A DNA stretch of 64,000 nucleotides, from the NCBI RefSeq assembly GCF_006345805.1, contig NC_043024.1, forward strand, positions 14,508,001 through 14,572,000. The letters are read 5' to 3'. This document shows positions 14,601 to 29,600 of the stretch, in pieces. Made by a program: the position numbers and the translations under genes. The notes beneath the pieces are model-generated. The model made no database searches. It was not told where the DNA came from and was given only the letters and a program-made list of their open reading frames with translations. Position 1 is the first letter of the stretch. Every line of letters begins with the position of its first letter. Source of the DNA: Octopus sinensis. Taxonomy: Eukaryota.

Positions 14601-17600
14601 AACTATCCTGCAGCAAGTTGGTATACGAACAAACAACATACACTGTGTATGTGCAACTGATGATATATATATATATATGTGGATATATACTGCAAACACT
14701 CTATTCATTTCAAATTAAATAGTAGAAGAATTTTAGCATTTCATTGTTATAGGGTGGAAAGATATTGTATGTAAAACGAAAAAGCACCAATTTTCAACAG
14801 TACATATTCTATTTCTGAAAATAAATTTCAGAATTCTCTTTCAGTTACATATTCTACATTCTCAGCCATGCTAATTTATACCTTTTCTGTCTGTCTGTCT
14901 GTCTGTCTATATGTATGTATAAATCTATCTATCTATCTGTCTTTCTTTCATTCTATCTCCCAAACAATTTCAAAATATATCTGAAATGCATCCAAAGATT
15001 CAGTCTTTTTTTTTTTTGATTATAAACAAAACTCTTAAAATTTTTTTCTTAGACTGAATTTTATGAACAGAAGTCATATTCAACATTATGGGACATATAT
15101 ATTTAGAAGTTTATCAATAAAAATAAATATTTAATATTAACTTGATTTTACATTAAGCAATCCTAAAGTTTTGCTTTACAAATCTGGTAAAAGTCTATCA
15201 ATAAATACAAATTCGTTTTTATTTCTAAACCTTCATTATTTATTAATCAAATATTCTCCAACATGCTATATATTGAAGAACCCTATTAGCTATTAACAAT
15301 AGAAAAATGATATTTAATACAAAATAAATTGCCATTTTCTTGCAGGACCAAGTGTATCTAGCATAGCTGTTACTCCATCAGGTAAGTACAATTAGTTATT
15401 AAAATGAAAGTGTTTAAGGTGGTGAGGTGGTAGAATCGTTAGCATGCTGGACAAAATGCGTAGTGGTATTTCATCTATCGCCATGTTCTGAGTTCAAATT
15501 ACGCTCAGGTCAACTTTAACTTTCATCCTTTTGGGATCGATAAAATAAGTACCAGTCTAATACTGCATTGAGGCCCACATTTCACTGCCATGTAGCATAC
15601 ATATGAATACAATAACATGATAGTTTCACATGACCAAACTATCAAAGTCTTCTCTCTTGCATCTTACAATTCCTTCCTCCTATGGATAATTTTCTCTCAC
15701 AATATTTGCACTTTGTCATACATGTACACTAATTTTGCAGAACCCTATGAGCTATTAACAATAGAAAAATTATATTTAATACAAAATAAATTGCCATTTT
15801 CTTGTAGGACCAAGTGCATCTAGCATAGCTGTTACTCCATCAGGTAAGTACAATTCTACTGTTTGTTTAGTTATTAAAATGAAAGTATTTAATGTGGTGA
15901 GCTGGCAGAATCGTTAGCATGCCGGGCGAAATGCTTAGCAGTGTTTCGTCTACCATTACGTTCTGAGTTCAAATTCGCCGAGAATGTCTGTCTGTGTGTT
16001 CCCCTAAAACTTGAGAACAGCACAACCAATTTCATTCAAATTTTACACATGCCTTACTTAGGGTCCATGCAGTTTCATGGGCAAAAACAATGTTCAACCT
16101 CTTGCCTAGGCAAGCCCATAGCAATATCATATCTTCTCCACTATTTCAGTATTACGTGTTAAAAGTGATATAAAAACATTTCTCTATCTATCCCCCAAAC
16201 AAGTTGAAAATATTTTTGAAATCTGGAAAAAGTCTGTCCATAAATATAACTGCGTTTTCATTTTTAAACCTTCATTATTTATTAATCAAATATTCTCCAA
16301 CATGCTGTATATTGAAGAACCCTATTTGCTATTAACGATAAAAAAATGATATTTAATACAAAATAAATTGCCATTTTGTTGCAGGACCAAGTGTATCTAA
16401 CATAGCTGTTACTTCATCAGGTAAGTACAATTCTATTTGTTTAGTTATTAAAATAAAAGTATTTAAGGTGGTGAGCTGGCAGAATCGTTATAACACCGGG
16501 CGATATGCTTAGTGGTATTTAATCTATTGCTATGTTCTGGGTTCAAATTCTGCTAAGGTCAACTTTACCTTTCATCATTTTGGTTTTGATAAAATAAGTA
16601 CCAGTTGAATACTAGATTGAGGCCCACAATTCACTGCCACGTAGCATACATTTTTATACAATAAGATAATAGTTTCACATGACCAAACTATCACATCACA
16701 TGACCAAACTATCAAAGTCTTCTCTCTTGCATCTTACAATTCCTTCCTCCTATGGCTAATTTTTTCTGAGAACATTTGCACCTTGTCATACAGCACACTA
16801 ATTTTGCACATACATTAGAGCTTGTTCCGATCCTATCAAACCATCCCATGTGCACTGCACTCAGGCCCACACCTCACTACCATGTAGCATAGATGTTTAT
16901 ACACTAGGATGATACTTTCAGATAGAGGAATTTAAAGCAAAACTGTAATGTAATAGATAACATGGTCAATCAAGAAATATATGCATTGTTCATAAGATGA
17001 CCATCGGTTAGTTTGTCTTTTCTCACTCAACATATTACATATAATGACTAACATCATTTAAACTTTGAATATGTCAGCAGATAATCCATTCATAATACAT
17101 TTACTGTTACATTTAAACAGAGATGTTTTTAGTTTAAGCATTCAATGTAATTTTCCACATTTACTGAAATATTTTCATTAGATGGTAATTTGTTTTTCTA
17201 ACACAGCATAAATGTTATGTGATTGGAAGTAAATGGATATTTATGCTTTGATTTCAGAGGTAACTGGTACCATACGCCCTCACACTGGTACGTAAGTTTT
17301 AATATCAATATATGAAATGTCTTTATATTCAAAATATATATATATATACTGATTATAACTACAATGGACCATATTCTTCAACATGAAATTAGTAGCAAAG
17401 TCTTGGTTTATACTTTGGTTGTTTTCATTTTCTTTATGTTGAATTCATCTGTGAAGACAAAATGCTCATCATATTAGGATCCTTTGAATTCTCTTGGCAA
17501 AATATAATATTCTTTTCTCATACGAGAAAATGATATTCTTTGGTTTATTCCAAAATCATGCGCGGCTACCTGTGATTTCATTGTGCTTTTAGCCAAAATG

Positions 17601-20600
17601 GAGACAAGCACCAACATACCATGTGGTAGGTTAGATGGTAGCTGAAATTTATGGTAGTCTTGTCGACATGCAAATAAAGAATATTTATCTACCAATGCAG
17701 TGTTGAGCAATCGTTCCTACAGTTTAACATTAGCATATTCGTAATTTCAAAGTGAAAGCAGCTCTGATAGAAACATTATCATACATAGTTTTTCCTGAAA
17801 AGAGTTTCCTCAGGACACTATCCTGCAGCAAATTGGTATATAGACAAACAACATACACTGTGTATGTGCAACTGATGATATATATATATATGTGTATAAA
17901 TACTGCAAACACTCTATTCATTTGAAATTAAATAGTAGAAGAATTTTAGCATTTCATTTTTATAGGGTGGAAAGATATTGTATGTAAAACGAAAATGCAC
18001 CAATTTTCAACAGTATAAATTCTAATTCTGAAAAATAATTTTCAGAATTCTCTTTCAGTTACATATTCTACATTCTCAGCCATGCTGAATTATACCTTTT
18101 CTGTCTTTCTGTCTGTCTATATGTATGTATAAAGCTATCTATCTATCTGTCTTTCTTTCTTTCTATCACCCAAACAATTTCAAAATATATCTGAAATGCA
18201 GCAAAAGATTCAGTCTTTTTTTTTTTTTGATTATAAACAAAACTTTAAAAATTTTTTCGATACACTGAATTTTATGAACAGAAGTCATATTCAACATTAT
18301 GGGACATATATATTTAGAAGTTTATCAATAAAAATAAATATTTAATATTAACTTGATTTTACATTAAGCAATCCTAAAGTTTTGCTTTACAAATCTGGTA
18401 AAAGTCTATCAATAAATACAAATTCGTTTTTATTTCTAAACCTTCATTATTTATTAATCAAATATTCTCCAACATGCTATATATTGAAGAACCCTATTAG
18501 CTATTAACAATAGAAAAATGATATTTAATACAAAATAAATTGCCATTTTCTTGCAGGACCAAGTGTATCTAGCATAGCTGTTACTCCATCAGGTAAGTAC
18601 AATTAGTTATTAAAATGAAAGTGTTTAAGGTGGTGAGGTGGAATCGTAGAATGCTGCTGGACAAAATGCATAGTGGTATTTCATCTATCGCCATGTTCTG
18701 AGTTCAAATTACGCTCAGGTCAACTTTAACTTTCATCCTTTTGGGATCGATAAAATAAGTACCAGTCTAATACTGCATTGAGGCCTACATTTCACTGCCC
18801 TGTAGCATACATATGAATACAATAACATGATAGTTTCACATGACCAAACTATCAAAGTCTTCTCTCTTGCATCTTACAATTCCTTCCTCCTATAGATAAT
18901 TGTCTCTCACAATATTTGCACTTTGTCATACATGCACACTAATTTTGAAGAACCCTATTAGCTATTAACAATAGAAAAATGATATTTAATGCAAAATAAA
19001 TTGCCATTTTCTTGTAGGACCAAGTGCATCTAGCATAGCTGTTACTACATCAGGTAAGTACAATTCGACTGTTTGTTTAGTTATTAAAATAAAAGTATTT
19101 AATGTGGTGAGCTGGCAGAATCGTTAGCATGCCGGGCGAAATGCTTAGCAGTGTTTCGTCTACCGTTACGTTCTGAGTTCAGATTCGCCGAGAATGTCTG
19201 TCTGTGTGTTCCCCTAAAACTTGAGAACAGCACAACCAATTTCATTCAAATTTTACACATGCCTTACTTATGGTCCATGCAGTTTCATGAGCAAGAACAA
19301 TGTTCAACCTCTTGCCTAGGCAAGCCCATAGCAGTATCATATCTTCTCCACTATTTCAGTATTACGTGTTAAAAGTGATACAAAAACATTTCTCTATCTA
19401 TCCCCAAACAATTTGAAAATATTTTTGAAATCTGGAAAAAGTCTGTCCATAAATATAAATTCGTTCTCATTTTTAAACCTTCATTATTTATTAATCAAAT
19501 ATTCTCCAACATGTTGTATATTGAAGAACCCTAGTTGCTATTAACGATAAAAAAATGATATTTAATACAAAATAAATTGCCATTTTGTTGCAGGACCAAT
19601 TGTATCTAGCATAGCTGTTACTTCATCAGGTAAGTACAATTCTATTTGTTTAGTTATTAAAATAAAAGTATTTAAGGTGGTGAGCTGGCAGAATCGTTAT
19701 AACACCGGGCGATATGCTTAGTGGTATTTAATCTATTGCTATGTTCTGGGTTCAAATTCTGCTAAGGTCAACTTTACCTTTCATCATTTTGGTTTTGATA
19801 AAATAAGTACCAGTTGAATACTAGATTGAGGCCCACAATTCACTGCCATGTAGCATACATTTTTATACAATAAGATGATAGTTTCACATGACCAAACTAT
19901 CACATCACATGACCAAACTATCAAAGTCTTCTCTCTTGCATCTTACAATTCCTCCCTCCTATGGCTAATTTTTCTCTGAGAACATTTGCACCTTGTCATA
20001 CAGCACACTAATTTTGCACATACATTAGAGCTTGTTCCAATCCTATCAAACCATCCAATGTGCACTGCACTCAGGCCCACACCTCACTACCATGTAGCAT
20101 AAATGTTTATACACTAGGATGATACATTCAGATAGAGGAATTGAAAGGAAAACTGTAATGTAATAGATAACATGGTCAATCAAGAAATATATGCATTGCT
20201 CATAAGCTGACCATCGGTTAGTTTGTCTTTTCTCACTTAACATATTACATGACTAACATCATTTAAACTTTGAATATGTCAGCAGTTAATCCATTCATAT
20301 TACATTTACTCTTACATTTAAACAGAGATGTTTTTACTTTAAGCATTCAATGTAATTTTCCACATTTACTGAAATATTTTCATTAGATGGTAATTTGTTT
20401 TTCTAACACAGCATAAATGTTATGTGATTGGAGGTAAATGGATATTTATGCTTTGATTTCAGAGGTAACTGGTACTATACCCCCTCACACTGGTACGTAA
20501 GTTTTAATATCAATATATGAAATGTCTTTATATTCAAAATATATATATATATACTGATTATAACTACAATGGACCATATTCTTCAACATGAAAGTAGTGG

Positions 20601-23600
20601 CAAAATCTTGGTTTATACTTTGGTTGTTTTCATTTTCTTTATGTTGAATTCATCTGTGAAGACAAAATGCTCATCATATTAGGATCCTTTGAATTCTCTT
20701 GGCAAAATATAATATTCTTTTCTCATACGAGAAAATGATATTCTTTGGTTTATTCCAAAATCATGTGCGGCTACCTGTGATTTCATTGTGCTTTATCCAA
20801 AATGGAGACAAGCACCAACATCCCATGTGGTAGGCTAGATGGTAGCTGAAATTTATGGTAGCCTTGTCGACTTACAAATAAAGAATATTTATCTACCAAT
20901 GCAGTGTTGAGCAATCGTTCCTACAGTTTAACATTAGCATATTCGTAATTTCAAAGTGAAAGCAGCTCTGATAAAAACATTATCATACATAGTTTTTCCT
21001 GAAAAGAGTTTCCTCAGGACACTATCCTGCAGCAAATTGGTATATAAACAAACAACATACACTGTGTATGTGCAACTGATGATATATATATATATATGTG
21101 TATAAATACTGCAAACACTCTATTCATTTGAAATTAAATAGTAGAAATAATTTTCAGAATTCTCTTTCAGTTACATATTCTACATTCTCAGCCATGCTGA
21201 ATTATACCTTAACTGTCTTTCTGTCTGTCTATATGTATGTATAAAGCTATCTATCTATCTGTCTTTCTTTCTTTCTATCACCCAAACAATTTCAAAATAT
21301 ATCTGAAATGCAGCAAAAGATTCAGTCTTTTTTTTTTTGATTATAAACAAAACTTTTTTAATTTTTTTCATACACTGAATTTTATGAACAGAAGTCATAT
21401 TCAACTTTATGGGACACATATATTTAGAAGTTTATCAATAAAAATAAATATTTAATATTTAGTTTGATTTTACATTAAGCAATCCTAAAATTTTGCTTTA
21501 CAAATCTGTTAAAAGTCTGTCCATAAATATAAATTCGTTTTCATTTTTAGACCTTCATTATCTATTAATCAAATATTCTCCAACATGCTATATATTGCAG
21601 AACCCTATTAGCTATTAACAATAGAAAAATAATATTAATACAAAATAAATTGCCATTTTCTTGCAGGACCAAGTGTATCTAGCATAGCTGTTACTCCATC
21701 AGGTCAGTACAATTCTACTGTTTGTTTAGTTATTAAAATGAAAGTATTTAATATGGTGAGCTGGCAGAATCGTTAGCATGCCGGGCGAAATGCTTGGCAG
21801 TGTTTCGTCTGCCGTTACATTCTGAGTTCAAATTCGCCGAGATTAACTTTGACTTTCATCCTTTCGGGGTTCGGTTAAATAAGTACCAGTCACGCACTGG
21901 GATCGATCTAATCAACTTAATCCGTTTGTCTGTCCTTGTTTGTACTCTCTGTGTTTAGCCCCTTGTGGGTAGTAAATAAATTGGTATTTTATTTTTTGCT
22001 ACGTTCTAAGATGACTATCAATTTCTTTGTATTTTCTCACTCAACATATTACATAGAATGACTAATATCATTTAAACTTTGAATATGTCAGCAGTTAATC
22101 CATTCATAATACATTTATTAATTACATTTAAACAGAGATGTTTTTAGTTTAAGCATTCAATGTAATTTTCCCACATTTACTGAAATATTTTCATTAGATA
22201 GTAATTTGTTTTTCTAACACAGCATAAAATTAGCATGCAGAAATGGAATAGTCCAGATGGAGGTGTGCACATATCGTTTACCACGGCTTTTACATTAGAT
22301 TATCTGCTAATTAGCTAGCATTAAGTATCTATATGAAGTTTGGCTGTATGTAACGTCTGTTTTCTTGAACAGCCACTTCTACTGAGTACTGCTGTTGGTT
22401 TATTTTTATACATAAAGGACTATAGCTTCAACTGCGTACTGCTTTTTGATTCACCGTAAGGTTTGCTGTTATTATTATTACTGCTTAACTATTGTTATCA
22501 CGTTAGTTGGTTCCTTGTAAGGGAAACGTTGTTGTGTTGCATTTGTTAAATAATTGTAAACTGAAACCCGCCCCCTTTGATTATTGTTTAAAATTGAATT
22601 GTGTCCCTCTTTGGGGAAATTGACAATATTTTCACCGTTTACACATAAGTATTTCTGTTAAAATGCCTTCTTTAGGAGAAAGTCCAAAAATGAATTTCAC
22701 TGCAGTCTTCGGCGGGCGCAAACTTAAAATGGAAGAAAAACAATCCTATTTCGGATTGATCACCGACAAAGACGGTGAATCTAGGATAACACAACCAAAC
22801 AAAATAAAAAATTAAATTAAACAGAAGACTATTGTCTATAAAGTATACAATGTAGAGAAAAGAAAAGATTTGAAAACCTGGAGGAAAGCACCATTGAAAA
22901 GTTACATGGTGTGACTATGAAAGATATCTATCCAGAGGCGGTAAATTCGCCACAATGGAAGCAAGGTTCGAGTCAACGGCGCATGCAAGGGAGTACTCGA
23001 CTCGAACCTTGCAAAGTGGAAATATTTTATTTTTACTTTTATATCTGGGATGGAGAACGTCCCGGATAAAAATTAAAATGTTCCCACAGAAGTAGAGGTA
23101 GGCTGGATTGTAGCCACACTTCTATAGAAGAGGGCGGACAAGATACAATTGATCGAAATTGCAAGAGATGGACCTACAATTCCAGTCTGTTATATATTTT
23201 GAGTATTGTTATCACAAGCAATATCAAGATATAACTTTGTATTTTGTATTTTATGTGTAGATGTATATAGATCGATGTACACATATATCTACACATATAT
23301 ACATGCACTAAGCACTATGACCAGGCAACGACAGGTCATAATGCTAGTAAGATATAAACTTTCAAAGCAGGTGACACTCAGACATAAACTTAGATTGTCA
23401 CAAACTTACATAGAATAAAAATATCAGATGGTTTTGAAGAAAAAGTAGAAGAATTTTAGCATTTCATTGTTATAGGGTGGAAAGATATTGTATGTAACAC
23501 GAAAGAAGCACCAAATTTCAGCAGCCACTTTCAGTTACATATTCTACATTCTCAGCCATGCTAATTTATACCTTCTCTTACTGTCAGTCTGTCTGACTGT

Positions 23601-23631
23601 CTGTTTGTCTGTCTATGTATGTATGTAACTG

Positions 23632-23694
<63 letters not shown>

Positions 23695-26600
23695 CTCAAA
23701 CAATTTGAAAATATTTTTGAAATCTGGAAAAAGTCTGTCCATAAATATAAATCCGTTTTTATTTCTAAACCTTCATTATTTATTAATCAAATATTCTCCA
23801 ACATGCTATATATTGAAGAACCCTATTTGCTATTAACGATACAAAGATGATATTTAATACAATATAAATTGCCATTTTCTTGCAGCACCAAATGTTACTA
23901 GCATAGCTGTTACTCCATCAGGTAAGTACAATTCTACTGTTTGTTTAGTTATTAAAATGAAAGTGCTTAAGCTGGTGAGCTGGTAGAATCATTAGCATGC
24001 TGGACAAAATGCTTAGTGGTATTTCATCAATCACTACGTTCTGAGTTCAAATTCCGCTAAGGTCGACTTTCCCTTTTATCCTTTTGGGGTTGATAAAATA
24101 AGTACCAGTTGAATACTACATTGAGGCCCACAATTCACTACCATGTAGCATACATGTTTATACAATAAGATGATACTTTCAGAGAGAGGAATTGAAATCA
24201 AAACTGTAATGTAATAGATAACATGGACAATCAAGAAATATATGCATTTCATATAAGATGACCATCGGTCAGTTTGTCTTTTCTCACTCAATATATTACA
24301 TAGAATGACTAATATCTTTTAAACTTTGAATATGTCAGCAGTTAATCCAATCATAATACATTTATTAATTACACTTAAACAGAGATATTTTTAGTTTAAG
24401 CATTCAATGTAATTTTCCACATTTACTGAAATATTTTCATTAGATGGTGGTTTGTTTTTTCTGACACGCAACATATGTAAATGTTATTTGATTGGAAGTA
24501 ATGGCTATTTATGCTTTGATTTCAGAGGTACTGGTACTATACACCCTCACACTGGTACGTAAGTTTTAATATCAATATATGAAATGTCTTTATATTCTAA
24601 ATATATATATATATATATACTGATTATAACTACAATGGAAAACATTCTACAACATTTTTAAACCTTCATTATAAACCTTCATAATATTCTCCAACATGCT
24701 ATAAATTGAAGAATTTTAGCTATAATGATACGATATATAAACATATAAATGCCATTTTCTTGCAGGACCAGCTGTTACTCTCCATCAGGTAAGTACAATT
24801 CTACTGTTTGTTTAGTTATTAAAATGAAAGTATTTAAGGTGATGAGCTGGTAGAATCATTAGAACACCGGGCGATATGCTTATTGGTATTTCATCTATCG
24901 CTACGTACTGAGTTCAAACTGTGCTAAGGTCAACTTTACCTTTCATCCTTTTGGGGTCGGTTAAATAAGTACCAGTTGAATACTGGAGTCAATGTAATCA
25001 ACTCATCCCCTCCCCCCAAAAATTACTTCTCTTGTGGCAAAAGTTGAAACCATTATTATGAAAGTATTACTGAATGTAATTTGTTATTCTATGACAGAAT
25101 TTTTAGCTTAATCACAAATGCTTTGAAATAATTATTGGTTGCTTATGAAGCTATTTCTCATCAGAAACCTTTAAACCCTGCTGAGTTCACTTGTCCTGTA
25201 ATGCTTATAAATTTTGCACATACATTAGAGCTTGTTCCAATCTTGTCAAGCCATCCAATGTGCTCTACATTCAGGCCAACATCTCACTACCATGTAGCAT
25301 ACATGTTTATACACTAGGATGATACTTTCAGAGAGAGGAATTGAAAGCAAAAATCTAATGTAATAGATAACATGGACAATCAAGAAATATATGCATTGCT
25401 CATAAGATGACCATCGGTTAGTTTGTCTTTTCTCACTCAATATATTACATATAATGACTAACATCATTTAAACATTAAATATGTCAGCGGTTAATCCATT
25501 CATAATCCATTTACTGTTACATTTAAACAGAGATGTTTTTAGTTTAAGCATTCAATGTAATTTTCCACATTTACTGGAATATTTTCATTAGATGGTAATT
25601 TGTTTTTCTAACACAGCATAAATGTTATGTGATTGGAAGTAAATGGATATCTATGCTTTGATTACAGAGGTAACTTGTACTATACACCCTCACACTGGTA
25701 TGTAAGTTTTAATATCAATATATGTAAGTCTAATGATGAAATCATTATCAGTCACACATACATAGTTTATATGTTTACTTTATAAACACCCAGTGTCATG
25801 TAAAGAGTTTCCTCAGGACACCATCCTGCAGCAAGTTGGTCCCTAAAACTTGAGAACTGCACAACCAATTTCATTAAAACTTTACACATGCCTTACTTAG
25901 GGTCCATGTAGTTTCATGGGCAAAAACAATGTTCAACTTCTTACCTAGGCAAGCCCATAGCAATATCATATCTTCTCCACTATTTCAGTATTACGTGTTA
26001 AAATTGAAGCAAAAACATTTCTCTATTTTATGTCAGATACTTTCACTTTAACAATAAAAATTAGAGATAATAATAATAATTGAATTATATGTAGTAAGTA
26101 ATAATTAAAATCAAATTAAAGTATAATATAATCGTTACATAACAAAAGTAAAAATAGCAATTAGTATAAAATTGCATCAATGACTTGAACTTGAATAAGT
26201 GATTTCACATGAATGAGAATAAATTAAAAATAAAATTATCATGCAGAAATGGAATAGTCCAGATGGAGGTGTGCACATATCGTTTACTATGGCTTTTACA
26301 TTAGATTATCTGCTAATTAGCTAGCATTAAGTATCTATATGAAGTTTGGCTGTATGTAATGTCTGTTTTCGCGAACAGCCACTTCTACTGAGTACTGCTG
26401 TTGGTTTATTTCTTATACATAAAGGACTATAGCTTCAACTGCGTACTGCTTTTTGATTCACCGTAAGGTTTGCTGTTATTATTATTACTGTTTAACTATT
26501 GTTATCACGTTTGTTGGTTCCTCGTAAGGGAAACGTTGTTGTGTTGTATTTGTTAAATAATTGTAAACTGTAACCATCCCACTTTGGGAGAAGGAGCGTT

Positions 26601-29600
26601 GGTTATTGTTTAAAAATTGAATTGTGTCCCTGTTTGGGGAAATTGACAATATTTTCACCATTTACACAGAAGCATTTTTGTTAGAATGCCTTCGATAAAA
26701 GAAGAAATACAAAATGGAAGAAATACAAACCTTTTTCGGATTAATCACCGACAAAGATGGTGAATCTAGGATAACACCACCAAACGAAATAAAAAATTAA
26801 ATTAAACAAAAGACTATTGTCTATAAAGTATACAATGTAGAGAAAAGAAAAGATATGAAAACCTGGAGGAAAGCACCATCGAAAAGTGTTTTGGTGCGAC
26901 TATGAAAGATAACTAACCAGAGGCGGTAAATTTGCCACAATAGAAGCAAGGTTCGAGTCAACGGAGCATGCAAGGGAGTACTCGACTCGAACCTTGCAAA
27001 GTGGAAATATTTTATTTTTACCTTTATATCTGGGACGGAGAATGTCCCGGATAAAAATTTAAAATGTCCCCCCCAGAAGTAGAGGTAGGCTGGATTGTAG
27101 CCACACTTCTATACAAGAGGGCAGACAAAATACAACTGATCGAAATTGCAAGAGACGGGCCTACAATTCCAGTCTGTTATATATTTTGAGTATTGCTATC
27201 ACGAGCAATATCAAGATATAACTTTGTATTTTGTATTTTATGTGTAGATGTATATATATAGATGTACATGTAATATGTACACATATATCTACACATCTAT
27301 ACATGCACTAAGCACTACGACCAGGCAACGACGGGTCATAACGCTAGTAGGATATAAACTTTCAAAGCAGGTGACACTCAGACATAAACTTAGATTGTCA
27401 CAAACTTACATAGCATAAAAAATATCAAATGGTTTTGAAGAAAAAGTAGAAGAATTTTAGCATTTCATTGTTATTGGGTGGAAAGATATTGTATGTAAAA
27501 CGAAAAGAAGCACCAATTTTCAGCAGCCACTTTCAGTTACATATTCTACATTCTCAGCCATGCTAATTTATACCTTCTCTTACTGTCAGTCTGTCTGACT
27601 GTCTGTTTGTCTATGTATGTATGTATGTATGTATATATGTAACTGTCTATCTATCTATCTATCTATCTATCTCCCAAACAATTTGAAAATATTTTTGAAA
27701 TCTGGAAAAAGTCTGTCAATGAATATAAATTCGTTTCTCTTTCTAAACCTTCATTATTTATTAATCAAATATTCTCCAACATGCTATATATTGAAGAACC
27801 CTATTAGCTATTAACGATAGAAAAATGATATATAATACAAAATAAATTGCCATTTTCTTGCAGCACCAAATGTAACTAGCATAGCTGTTACTCCATCAGG
27901 TAAGTACAATTCTACTGTTTGTTTAGTTATTAAAATGAAAGTGTTTAAGGTGGTGAGCTGGCAGAATCGTTAGCATGCTGGACAAAATGCTTAGTGCTAT
28001 TTAATCAATCACTACGTTCTGAGTTCAAATTCCGTTAAGGTCGACTTTCCCTTTCATCCTTTTGGGGTTGATAAAATAAGTACCAGTTGAATACTACTTT
28101 GAGGCCCACAATTCACTACCATGTAGCATACATGTTTATACAATAATATGATACTTTCAGATAGAAGAATTAAAAGCAAAACTGTAACGTAATAGATAAC
28201 ATTGACAATCAAGAAATATATGCATTGCTCATAAGATGACCATCAGTCAGTTTGTCTTTTCTCACTCAATATATTACATAGAATGACTAATATCTTTTAA
28301 ACTTTGAATATGTCAGCAGTTAATCCAATCATAATACATTTATCAATTACACTTAAACATAGATATTTTTAATTTAAGCATTCAATGTAATTTTCCACAT
28401 TTACTGAAATATTTTCATTAGATGGTAATTTGTTTTTCTAACACGGCATAAATGTTATGTGATTGGAAGTAAATGGCTATTTATGCTTTGATTTCAGAGG
28501 TAACTGGTACTATACACCCTCACACTGGTATGTATGTTTTAATATCAATATATGAAATGTCTTTATACTCTAAATATATATATATATATACTGATTATAA
28601 CTACAATGGAAAACATTCTACAACATTTTTAAACCTTCATTATAAACCTTCATAATATTCTCTAACATGCTATATATTGAAGAACCCTTTTAGCTATTAA
28701 CGATACAAAAATGATATATAATACATATAAATTGCCATTTTCTTGCAGGACCAGCTGTTACTCCATCAGGCAAGTACAATTCTACTGTTTGTTTAGTTAT
28801 TAAAATGAAAGTATTTAAGGTGATGAGCTGGTAGAATCATTAGAACACCGGGCGATATGTTTGGCAGTATTTAATCTATCACTATGTACTGAGTTCAAAT
28901 TCTGCTAAGGTTAACTTTACATTTCATCATTTCGGGGTCGATAAAATATGTACAAGTTGAAAAAATGAGTCGATGTGATCAACTCATCCCCTCCCCACAA
29001 AAATTACTTCTCTTGTGGCAAAACTTGAAACCATTATTATGAAAGTATTACAGAATGTAATTCGTTATTCTATGACAGAATTTTTAGCTTAATCACAAAT
29101 GCTTTGAAATAATTATTGGTTGCTTATGAAGCTATTCCTCATAAGAATCCTTTAACCCAGCTGAGTTCAGTCATCTCGCATGCACATAAATTTTGCAGAT
29201 ACATCAGAGCTTGTTCCAATATTATCAAGCCATCCCATGTGCTCTACATTCAGGCCCACATCTCACTACCATGTAGCATACATATTTATACACTAGGATG
29301 ATACTTTCAGAGAGAGGAATTGAAAGCAAAACTGTAACGTAATAGATAACATGGTCAATCAAGAAATATATGCATTGCTCATAAGATGACCATCGGTTAG
29401 TTTTTCTTTTCTCACTCAACATATTACATATAATGACTAATATCATTTAAACTTTGAATATGTCAGCAGATAATCCATTCATAATCCATTTACTGTTACA
29501 TTTAAACAGAGATGTTTTTAGTTTAAGCATTCAATGCAATTGTCCCACATTTACTGAAATATTTTCATTAGATGGTAATTTGTTTTTCTAACACGACATA

